NCBI GenBank assembly: GCA_020056645.1
Contig: JAGVHJ010000422.1
Location: forward strand, 1 to 37,459
DNA length: 37,459 nt
Reading direction: 5' to 3'
From: Desulfobacterales bacterium
Lineage (GTDB): Bacteria; Desulfobacterota; Desulfobacteria; Desulfobacterales; JAHIVH01
The notes beneath the pieces were generated by a model that saw only the letters and a program-made list of their open reading frames with translations, was not told the origin of the DNA and made no database searches. Every line of letters begins with the position of its first letter. Within the stretch, counting starts at the first letter, position 1. This document shows, piece by piece, positions 7,669 to 15,029 of this stretch. A program made the position numbers and the translations under genes.

Positions 7669-9084
7669 ATGAGAATCGCAAACCAATTAAACAATGAGTT
7701 CCTGGAAATTGAAAATAATATATTTAATGAGCAAAACAAAAACGACATTTCATCCCCGAATGTTCAAGTGATCATGGCGCTCCAGAAGGAGAACAAAACT
7801 TTTATCGAAATTCTTGTGAGTGTTCTTGAAAAGGAATTTGAGGCGCTCGTTTTTTCAATGAAAAAGCCAATATCATTAATAAATAGCGAAGAAAATTCGG
7901 AGAGAGAATTGGATGATTACGAACGGATCAGCGTGAACCTTCGCCATTTTAAACCGGAAGCGGAGATTTTATTCGATGCCTTTGAATCCTGCGGAAAGGT
8001 CGCCACACAGGCTGGTTATACGGAAAAAACATTGGGTACGCTGATTTCTCAAATTGTAAACGCAGAACTGCATTTGTACGGCATCCCCAACCCTGCCATA
8101 TCCTGCTTCGAAGAACAGGAGCTGGCAATCACCAAAATGCTTCAGTCTTGCACCCAGGAAGAAAGAGACCAGTTTTGGACATGCCGTAATTCCTGCATCC
8201 ATCTCTATCGAGAGAAAGAGGCGCTTGAATATGAACTTTCTGAAATCGTTTTAGAAGTAAGCATTGCGGACACACAGCGGTTGAAGAAATTCGGGGATCT
8301 GTTAATCCAAAAAAAGGATCTCAGTTATAAGCTTGATGAATTATCCCTCAAGATTGATTTGAAAATCGAGAACCCTGATTTATCCTGGGAAGCACTTGAA
8401 ATTAAGGCAATTCAAATTTTAAGTATTCAAAATAAAAAAGAAGATGTAAAAAACAACCAACGCCGGTATAACGAATCGTTAAAGAATGGGCTCAGCCTGG
8501 CTGCGACCCAGGAGTCTGATGCAGAAATTGAAACCAAAAGAAGGATAGCCGTCCATAAACTAACCCTGAATATCAAGTCTTTAATCCACAACGATCGTAT
8601 CATTTTTCATCCCAATTACCACAAGCTCAGTGACAACGACAAAAAATTTCTTGAGGATTTGATCCGGGTACTGCCATCCGGAAAAGGAAAAAACCTTGAT
8701 TCGGCCCAACTGTTCCATGGGTATGACCTGCATTCGCCCACAGATTTGCAATTGATGGTTTACCGGGCGCAAGCGATACTAGACCATGCGGGGATCGAAA
8801 ATATAAAAAAAGACACGCTGATTCCAGGCGAGAGTATGAAGAAAAAGATAGAATTTCTCGATCTTGAAATTCTCCGGTTAAGGAAAATGATTGTATTTCT
8901 GAAAGCCCAGTTCAGCGCCCACAACGAGTATATAAGACGAGCAGAGAGCGCCTTGATGAACCCGGAGACTGAGAGAAAATCCCTCACGAACCAGATCCGC
9001 GTTTATCAGGAAAATATTATCGCGTTTGAAAAAACTTTACAGGAATTGTTTGAACCAGGGGCGGACAGCAAGGACGATCATTAA
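7669..9084 (+). CDS. Coiled-coil-rich protein, family member 1 of 3 (unknown function)
   Basis: ATG 7669 is preceded by GGAGG (7659-7663); the ORF-track start at 7615 lies inside the upstream hairpin. The sequence is E/K/L-rich and heptad-like. Paralogs are at 33187-34575(-) and 25335-26663(+). All three share an invariant IH-x-D-x4-HP motif. Confidence 0.7.
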   Translation: MRIANQLNNEFLEIENNIFNEQNKNDISSPNVQVIMALQKENKTFIEILVSVLEKEFEALVFSMKKPISLINSEENSERELDDYERISVNLRHFKPEAEILFDAFESCGKVATQAGYTEKTLGTLISQIVNAELHLYGIPNPAISCFEEQELAITKMLQSCTQEERDQFWTCRNSCIHLYREKEALEYELSEIVLEVSIADTQRLKKFGDLLIQKKDLSYKLDELSLKIDLKIENPDLSWEALEIKAIQILSIQNKKEDVKNNQRRYNESLKNGLSLAATQESDAEIETKRRIAVHKLTLNIKSLIHNDRIIFHPNYHKLSDNDKKFLEDLIRVLPSGKGKNLDSAQLFHGYDLHSPTDLQLMVYRAQAILDHAGIENIKKDTLIPGESMKKKIEFLDLEILRLRKMIVFLKAQFSAHNEYIRRAESALMNPETERKSLTNQIRVYQENIIAFEKTLQELFEPGADSKDDH

Positions 9085-9100
9085 AGAAGGAGGATGGCAA

Positions 9101-10456
9101 GTGCTCACAGACAAGAAAACATATCTTCCCTGCACCATTTTCTCCCGTGCAAAAAAGGGGGATGGCCTGGCGGCAGCGGAAACCGATGAATGGAAACATT
9201 TCATCAAGCAGGGTCTCCCGGTTTCCCCTATCGACCGCATCGGGGTATACGGCAATACCCTGGCGGTATCGACCCATGGAAAAAAGCATTTTACAAAGGT
9301 CTTCAGCCTTGAATCCGGAAACTGCCTCTTAAAATACAAAAACGCCACGATTACAAAACCCTATATTTTCCTTTCCAGAAGTCATTTTTTACTCTCCACC
9401 GACATGGATTGGCGTCAGGTTGAAATCCGCGATATCGGCGATGGGAAATATCTCTACACCCTGGAATTTCCATATGGGTTGCACTGCTTTTGTTTCAGCC
9501 ATGATGGAAGGCGGATGCTCACCGTCTCCGCCATCAATCTGTTCCGGGAGTGGGACCTTAAATCAGGTCAATGCCTTAATGAATACCGCCTTAAGAATTA
9601 TCCCACACCTGTAACGCACATTGACATTTTACCGGATGATATGCGCTTTCTTACCTTAAGCACAGATTCAGACACCGTGATTTGTCATGATTTGAAAACA
9701 GGGGGGGGGCTGGGGGCTTTTCGCGGTCAGACAAAAATGATCTACTATTTCAAGTTGTTTCCCGATGGTCAGTCTTTTGCGATCCGGGGCATTGAAAACA
9801 AAATCGAGATCATCCATATCAAAACCGGCGAATCTGAGAAACGATTTGACTGCAAGGATCACCATTCCAACACAATGTATGTATCGAAGGACGCCAGGAG
9901 CCTCATCAGTTTTATGAAAAACGGCGAAAATATCCTTGTCTGGGATACCAACAAGGAAACCTTTAAACCATTTTCTTCAAGGCATGTCACCACCCCCTAC
10001 CTATGCCGTTTTATAAATGAGAAGACACTATTCATAAGCGATGAACACGCCAAGCACAAATTGGTGTTCATCGACATCGCCACGGATACCCTTCTTGGAA
10101 CATTGCATAACTTTGAACAGCACTATTTATGGGAAACCACAGCGGATCAAACATGCGCCGAGGTCTTATTCTGGAGCGATAATATTGACGAAACCATAGA
10201 TGTCGTGGCGGAATCCCCACTCCCACCCCCTTCATCCGCACTGCCTGATAGAGATTATTATAAACGGAAATCTTATATTTTCGACCACCTTGATCAACAG
10301 GCTGTAATGGCAAGAATTCAAAACAAAAAGACAGAGTGCCAGTTCCACAGAAAACACTATCCGGAAATCAAGAATGACGCCACTCAGCGGCTTGAAAGCG
10401 ACTTATGTTCGAAACTTCTTTCAATGCCGGGTGGCGGCACAAAGGAGGCATTATGA
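9101..10456 (+). CDS. WD40-like beta-propeller protein, family member 1 of 3
   Basis: GTG 9101 is preceded by AAGGAGG (9087-9093), and this start aligns with the paralog N-terminus (LTDKKTYLPCTIF vs MSNEKYLPSNLIF). It contains repeated blades of about 40 aa, for example LFREWDLKSGQC, VICHDLKTGG, ILVWDTNKE. Confidence 0.75.
   Translation: MLTDKKTYLPCTIFSRAKKGDGLAAAETDEWKHFIKQGLPVSPIDRIGVYGNTLAVSTHGKKHFTKVFSLESGNCLLKYKNATITKPYIFLSRSHFLLSTDMDWRQVEIRDIGDGKYLYTLEFPYGLHCFCFSHDGRRMLTVSAINLFREWDLKSGQCLNEYRLKNYPTPVTHIDILPDDMRFLTLSTDSDTVICHDLKTGGGLGAFRGQTKMIYYFKLFPDGQSFAIRGIENKIEIIHIKTGESEKRFDCKDHHSNTMYVSKDARSLISFMKNGENILVWDTNKETFKPFSSRHVTTPYLCRFINEKTLFISDEHAKHKLVFIDIATDTLLGTLHNFEQHYLWETTADQTCAEVLFWSDNIDETIDVVAESPLPPPSSALPDRDYYKRKSYIFDHLDQQAVMARIQNKKTECQFHRKHYPEIKNDATQRLESDLCSKLLSMPGGGTKEAL
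9701..9709 (+). repeat. G9 homopolymer inside the propeller CDS (encodes GGG)
   Basis: aca ggg ggg ggg ctg. The tract is absent from both paralogous genes. Confidence 0.9.
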
Positions 10457-11967
10457 TGGATCGACAATGTTGCAGTTTCAGTGATGAATGTCTCGATATT
10501 GGGGAAAAGGAGATTTCATATCTTGCAGACAAGAGCCGCCATTTTAACCCATATGAAATCAATGTGAAGGAGAAATTTGGTGTCATTACCGATCGTTTTA
10601 TCGGGGAAGAAAACGGGCCGCTTGTTATCCACATCAAGGAGGGGCATTTCAACAAGGATTCCTTTGTATGCGGCGTGAAGCTGATTGAAGAAATTTTATC
10701 CGACTATGGAATCAATCTCATTCTGAAAGAGAGCAATTCAAAGGACGACATCCGGTACAACTATGAAAGGTATTGTTACACCAGGCAAAAAAAGGTAGAA
10801 ATGATGCAAAAGGATTTTGGAGAACACTCCTATTGGGCGGACAAGTACCTGTATACGATGTCCAGCTACCCCCTGGACTGCCGTGGTGTGGATAATCACC
10901 ACCTTCGCGATTCGTTGCTTCTTTGTTATGGCGTCTTAGACCCAATGCGACCCGCAGCCCGCCAATATCTGAACCGCTTAAAACAGGAGATCGAAGCAAT
11001 CAAGCCCTATTTTTACCACAAAGAGCTACAAAAATTCGAGCATATGAAAAGGAATTGCCATAATAAAACAATTTCCATTAACACCTGGGCCATGTTCCTG
11101 AAAAGGGCGACAAGGGGCTGTTCAAAAGATCTGGAAACACGCTATCCCAATTTTTGGCGTTTGCTCAAAGTCATTGATATGGAACAGGAGATATTTTTTC
11201 ATAGTATCGATGATGAACGCGATAGAGCGCTGTCGTATTTGAACAAGACCCGTGACAAAGAAAAAAGGCAAGAGATACACCTTGTGTATTCGGATTTTTC
11301 AAAAGGAAATATCCCGGCGGCAGAATTTTTCGCTTATCTGATGGCCCAATATGACAACCCGGAAACATCGGAAAGGAATCTGTTCTTATACACCCAATAC
11401 CTTCAGGAATTTCGATTGATAAATACAGTGGATCTGTTTGATGAAACAGCGGCCCTTGAGGAGGAGGTTTATCAACACTTATATGAGAATGACGACCAAA
11501 AAACCCTGAAAGAGATGGCGGAACGATGCGATCTTCTTCTGGATCTACTGGATTTTTCCCTTCAACCAAGAGACTATAATTTGTATATCAGCCACAGGGA
11601 AAAATTCGATATCGAGGCATGGCAACCCTTTCTCTCCGATAAATTAATAAAAATGGGTGGAAAGGAACTGATTCACCCCCCACCCGGTTACCAAAAAGAT
11701 GTTTATGACAAGTGTGCGGAATTCTATGCCATCTGTATTCGCCGGGCATACCATTTCGTCGATCGGACCCTGGCGCATATCGAACATTCCCGAAGTAACG
11801 CCGGGATTCTCGTAACAGGTGGATTTCACAGCTTTTCTATAACTCGGTTATTGAAGCAAAAAAATATTTCTTACGTTGTGATCAGCCCTCAGATCAAAAG
11901 TTATTCAGACGAAAACGTCAAAGACAAGGCTTTTCGCCGGGAGGCGAAAGAATTGGTTGAAGATTGA
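10453..11967 (+). CDS. ChaN/Tiki/erythromycin-esterase-superfamily-like protein, family member 1 of 3 (tentative)
   Basis: ATG 10453 overlaps the upstream stop (ATGA) and is preceded by AAGGAGG. Motifs: LVIHIKEGHFN (E-x-H), NLILKES, HIEHSRSNAGILVTGGFHS (G-x-x-H). The family assignment comes from motif memory only. Confidence 0.5.
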   Translation: MMDRQCCSFSDECLDIGEKEISYLADKSRHFNPYEINVKEKFGVITDRFIGEENGPLVIHIKEGHFNKDSFVCGVKLIEEILSDYGINLILKESNSKDDIRYNYERYCYTRQKKVEMMQKDFGEHSYWADKYLYTMSSYPLDCRGVDNHHLRDSLLLCYGVLDPMRPAARQYLNRLKQEIEAIKPYFYHKELQKFEHMKRNCHNKTISINTWAMFLKRATRGCSKDLETRYPNFWRLLKVIDMEQEIFFHSIDDERDRALSYLNKTRDKEKRQEIHLVYSDFSKGNIPAAEFFAYLMAQYDNPETSERNLFLYTQYLQEFRLINTVDLFDETAALEEEVYQHLYENDDQKTLKEMAERCDLLLDLLDFSLQPRDYNLYISHREKFDIEAWQPFLSDKLIKMGGKELIHPPPGYQKDVYDKCAEFYAICIRRAYHFVDRTLAHIEHSRSNAGILVTGGFHSFSITRLLKQKNISYVVISPQIKSYSDENVKDKAFRREAKELVED

Positions 11968-11974
11968 ACTGTTT

Positions 11975-11988
11975 CCCCCCCCCCCCCC
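11975..11988 (+). repeat. C14 homopolymeric tract (intergenic)
   Basis: Fourteen consecutive C residues, 8 nt after the stop at 11965-11967 and 87 nt before ATG 12075. Confidence 0.95.
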
Positions 11989-11997
11989 AATTTTTTC

Positions 11998-12025
11998 TTG
12001 ATCATTATTATCATCCATCTATATA
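11998..12025 (+). promoter_or_regulatory. Possible sigma-70-type promoter for the HEAT/FGE gene pair
   Basis: TTGATC - 16 nt - TATATA, immediately downstream of the C14 tract. This is a pattern match only. Confidence 0.25.
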
Positions 12026-12074
12026 CAAGCTTCAATATCCACTTAAAAAAGCACCACGGAAAAGGAGGCAGAGA

Positions 12075-14000
12075 ATGAATCTTCAGGAGGCGAAGAGCGG
12101 TCTTTTCACCAAGACATTTCTTCTTGGTCGGTTCAAACAGAATGCGGCATTAAAATATTTATCTGAAAGCAATGAACCGGGAGCCATTGATATTCTGGTG
12201 GAGGCCCTTGATCAGGGGCACCGGAGTAGGAAGATCAAGGATATCCTGTTGTCCGTTGAGGACCAGGCCAGGCTGGATCATCTCTGGGGCATCTGGTCAA
12301 AAAGCCGATCTGAGAAACTGGAAAACGTGTTGAAAAAGAAAAACGCGCCTGCCAGCGACGAAACCAATCGGGTACTGTCTCTTCTTAAAATCGGCAACAC
12401 GGCTGACATACCCACTGATAATGGTGGGATCCGTAAAGTACTCTCACTCATAAATGATCCTGACAAGAACATAAAAAAAGGTGTGATTGATTATGCCATG
12501 GGGCTGCCCCGGACCGATGAAGCATCGGATCACCTTTACAGGACATGGATAATGCTGAAATCACCCATGTTAGGGGCCGTTGTGCGGGATCAGAAACGAA
12601 CGTTGATTGATCCGTCATTAGAAACCATCGATATTCTATTGATAGCCCTTGAAAAAGGATACGAGAGCGAAGTAGTCAGTAACCTTCTTTTAAGTGTCAA
12701 AGATCCGGCCAAAACCGATCATCTCTGGGCAACCTGGTCAAAAAGCCGGTCTGAGAAACTGGAAAACGTGTTGAAAAAGAAAAACGCGCCTGCCAGCGAC
12801 GAAACCAATCGGGTACTGTCTCTTTTAAAAATCGGACGGACCGATGACGTGCCCCGGGACAGAGGCGGGATGCGAAAAGCCTTCCAACTGCTTGGTGATC
12901 GAGATAAAGAGGTTCAAAAAAGGGTGGTGGATTATGCCAGCCTCCTGCCCAGGACCGAAGACGCCGCAGACGAGATATACGGAGCCTGGCTTAAATTTGA
13001 ATCTGAGCCACTGGCTTCCGTGATCCGGAGTCAGGACCAAAAGCCCTCAAACCCCTCTCTGGAAGCCTTGTTTTTTCTTCTTGAAAACAAGGTAAAGGAG
13101 TATCTGACCCTTGAAAACGAGCGCGGAGAAAGGTTCCAGGAAGCCTTTGCCATGGCGCCCGAATCATTTCGGGAAAAGCTGAATAATGTGGTACTTAAAA
13201 GCGGCAGCAGACGGCTGACCGATGCCTATGAAAAAGCCATGGCGGCAAGAGGTGACTTAAGCAGTGATCTGGTTATCAATGCCAGAAAAACAGCGGGAGA
13301 TGACAACGGCCTTTTTGAAGCAGCCAAATACATGACCCTTACCGGGCTTCTCGATCTTTGCAAACGCTGGACCGACAATAAATGGCGACCCACGGAGCCC
13401 AGATATCGGGCGTTGGTGGAACGGGCCGTTACCGCATATACCCAGGTGGGCGACCTGAATATCGCCACAGACACTCCCGCACCCGAAGGGACCGTCGACC
13501 TGTTCGACGCCTTTCAAAACGACACCCTGAACGACAAACAGATTCTTGAAGGACTGGACGACCCCGACCCCTTTATCCGGATGCGCTCTGTTTACCTTGG
13601 CGTTCTTCGGAATCTTCTGCCTGCGGGACGACTTGAAAAAGCCGCCCAAAGCCAGGACTGGCCCGAACGTCTGGCCGCAAAATTATCACATCAGGTGACG
13701 ACAACAGAAAAAGACCCTGTGACATGGGTCAATGGCTGTACCGGAAGCGGAGGACTGTTAACCGCGCCGGTAAACTGCACGCCGGAGGAATACGATTATT
13801 TCGGACAGATCCTCCACAAAACCCCGTTAACCGCCAGTGGCTTTGCCGCAAAATACCGGGCACTGACGGAAATCCTTCACGCTTTTCAGTCTGTTCATGC
13901 AGCGGGCGGCATCGTTGCCGGGGACGATGACAGCGCCATGGAACCGGAGGCACTCCAGATGACCGAGGTCGAGGATGCTCCGGATGATATCGAATTTTAA
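12075..14000 (+). CDS. HEAT/PBS-lyase-like helical repeat protein with an internal 147-aa tandem duplication and an acidic C-terminal tail
   Basis: ATG 12075 is preceded by AAAGGAGG. Helical-repeat starts: AIDILVEALDQGH, TIDILLIALEKGY, LDDPDPFIRMRSVYLGV. C-terminus ...EVEDAPDDIEF. The ORF-track TTG at 11964 would read through the C14 tract, so it is considered unlikely. Confidence 0.65.
   Translation: MNLQEAKSGLFTKTFLLGRFKQNAALKYLSESNEPGAIDILVEALDQGHRSRKIKDILLSVEDQARLDHLWGIWSKSRSEKLENVLKKKNAPASDETNRVLSLLKIGNTADIPTDNGGIRKVLSLINDPDKNIKKGVIDYAMGLPRTDEASDHLYRTWIMLKSPMLGAVVRDQKRTLIDPSLETIDILLIALEKGYESEVVSNLLLSVKDPAKTDHLWATWSKSRSEKLENVLKKKNAPASDETNRVLSLLKIGRTDDVPRDRGGMRKAFQLLGDRDKEVQKRVVDYASLLPRTEDAADEIYGAWLKFESEPLASVIRSQDQKPSNPSLEALFFLLENKVKEYLTLENERGERFQEAFAMAPESFREKLNNVVLKSGSRRLTDAYEKAMAARGDLSSDLVINARKTAGDDNGLFEAAKYMTLTGLLDLCKRWTDNKWRPTEPRYRALVERAVTAYTQVGDLNIATDTPAPEGTVDLFDAFQNDTLNDKQILEGLDDPDPFIRMRSVYLGVLRNLLPAGRLEKAAQSQDWPERLAAKLSHQVTTTEKDPVTWVNGCTGSGGLLTAPVNCTPEEYDYFGQILHKTPLTASGFAAKYRALTEILHAFQSVHAAGGIVAGDDDSAMEPEALQMTEVEDAPDDIEF
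12183..13064 (+). repeat. In-frame tandem duplication, 2 x 441 nt, inside the HEAT-like gene
   Basis: Unit 1 is 12183-12623 and unit 2 is 12624-13064. The core 12293-12383 versus 12734-12824 differs at a single base, whereas the flanks are clearly diverged. Confidence 0.85.
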
Positions 14001-14036
14001 TGGTTGAGCCAGGAAGGCACCCACAGGAGACACATC

Positions 14037-14822
14037 ATGCCGATCATTCAGATAGAGACTCAGAATACCTGGCGGGCGATGTCGCCCTTGATCATAAACC
14101 AGAAAGACACCTCTCTTCTGGTGTGGATTCCACCCGGCGAGTTTGAGATGGGAGACGGGAAGGAAACTTCTTGCCCCAAGCACCGAGTCCATCTGGACGG
14201 GTATTACATGGGGGTGTACTGCGTAACGAACCGCCAGTATAAGGTTTTTGTGGATAAGACAGGTCATCGTCCACCGGACAATTCAAAGTGGGTGGCTCCG
14301 GAGTACGCAGATCATCCAGTGGTGTGCGTAAACTGGGAAGACGCTACAGCGTACTGTGCATGGGCAGGGTTGCAGTTGCCCACGGAAGCGCAGTGGGAGA
14401 AGTCGGCCCGGGGGCCTTCGGGATTTATTTATCCCTGGGGAAACGAGTGGGACCAAGCCCGGTGCCGGAACGACAAAAACAAGGGCGACCAGACCACCTG
14501 CCGGGTTTATGATTATCCTGAAGGGGTATCGGGGTGCGGGACTTACAACCAGAGCGGGAGTGTATGGGAGTGGTGCCAGGACTGGTATGAGAGTGATTAT
14601 TACAAAAAGAGTCCGCGAGAGAATCCTGCTGGCCCATCAACGGGCTCGGACCGCGTGATTCGCGGCGGCAGCTGGAACATCGACTTTGCCGGCCGCTATC
14701 GGGCCGCCCGCCGGATCAACGACGACCCGCCGTACCGGAGCGACAACGGCGGGTTCCGTGCTTGCCTGCCCCCAGGTCAGCGGCAGTCCGGTCAGGTCAG
14801 GCAGCGAAAGGCGCGGGGGTGA
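14037..14822 (+). CDS. FGE-sulfatase (SUMF1-like) fold protein, copy 1; lacks the catalytic Cys pair
   Basis: ATG 14037 is preceded by AGGAG. Motifs: WIPPGEFEMGDG, HRVHLDGYYMGVYCVTNRQYKVFV, HPVVCVNWEDATAYCAWAG, LPTEAQWEKSARG, GSVWEWCQDWY, RVIRGGSWN, GGFRACLP. There is no cysteine in the GGSWNIDFAGRYR segment, where true FGE carries C-x4-C. Confidence 0.85.
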   Translation: MPIIQIETQNTWRAMSPLIINQKDTSLLVWIPPGEFEMGDGKETSCPKHRVHLDGYYMGVYCVTNRQYKVFVDKTGHRPPDNSKWVAPEYADHPVVCVNWEDATAYCAWAGLQLPTEAQWEKSARGPSGFIYPWGNEWDQARCRNDKNKGDQTTCRVYDYPEGVSGCGTYNQSGSVWEWCQDWYESDYYKKSPRENPAGPSTGSDRVIRGGSWNIDFAGRYRAARRINDDPPYRSDNGGFRACLPPGQRQSGQVRQRKARG

Positions 14823-14885
14823 CCCGGTCAGGGGAGGCGGGAGCCGGACCTGACCGTGGGCACACCGGTGCCTTTCGCGGGGCCA
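14088..14885 (+). repeat. Dispersed direct repeat, copy A (FGE-fold gene body plus about 60 nt of 3' flank)
   Basis: Long runs are identical to 19659-20483, for example 65 nt ttgatcataaaccagaaagacacctctcttctggtgtggattccacccggcgagtttgagatggg. The similarity continues past the stop codon through ccggacctgaccgtgggcacaccg-tgcctttcgcggggcca. Confidence 0.85.
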
Positions 14886-14891
14886 GCGTAG

Positions 14892-14937
14892 GGGCAGGTT
14901 CCAAACCTGCCCGTTGAGGGCGGGTTTGGAACCTGCC
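14892..14937 (+). repeat. Pair of GC-rich palindromes (REP-like or terminator-like)
   Basis: GGGCAGGTTccaAACCTGCCC (14892-14912) and GGGCGGGTTTGGAACCTGCC (14918-14937). The second is nearly the reverse complement of the first. No U-tract follows. Confidence 0.5.
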
Positions 14938-15029
14938 ACTCCAAGAGGGCCTGACATAAGTCAACAGCATCGGACCTGACCGCAGGCATAAAAGAAACCA
15001 ACAGATAAAAAAACAAGTGGAGGTAACCC

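Noticed and set aside
11964-12074. The TTG start at 11964, which would make the HEAT-like protein 678 aa and place the C14 tract in coding sequence (PPPP).
   Set aside because: ATG 12075 has a perfect AAAGGAGG RBS. The upstream extension overlaps the previous stop codon and has no RBS. It is kept as an alternative in the C14 finding because it would turn the tract into a frame switch.
14037-14822. Annotating the FGE-fold proteins as bona fide formylglycine-generating (sulfatase-maturing) enzymes.
   Set aside because: The C-x4-C copper-binding cysteine pair is missing in both copies, and no sulfatase gene is present. Only the fold or family is claimed.
14857-14872. A sigma-54-like sequence, TGGGCACaccggTGCC, downstream of FGE copy 1. 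It is repeated, with one change, after copy 2.
   Set aside because: The GG-to-GC spacing is one nucleotide short of the -24/-12 consensus and the TTGC element is absent. It is better explained as part of the duplicated 3' flank, where it forms a small GGCAC/GTGCC palindrome in copy 1 only.
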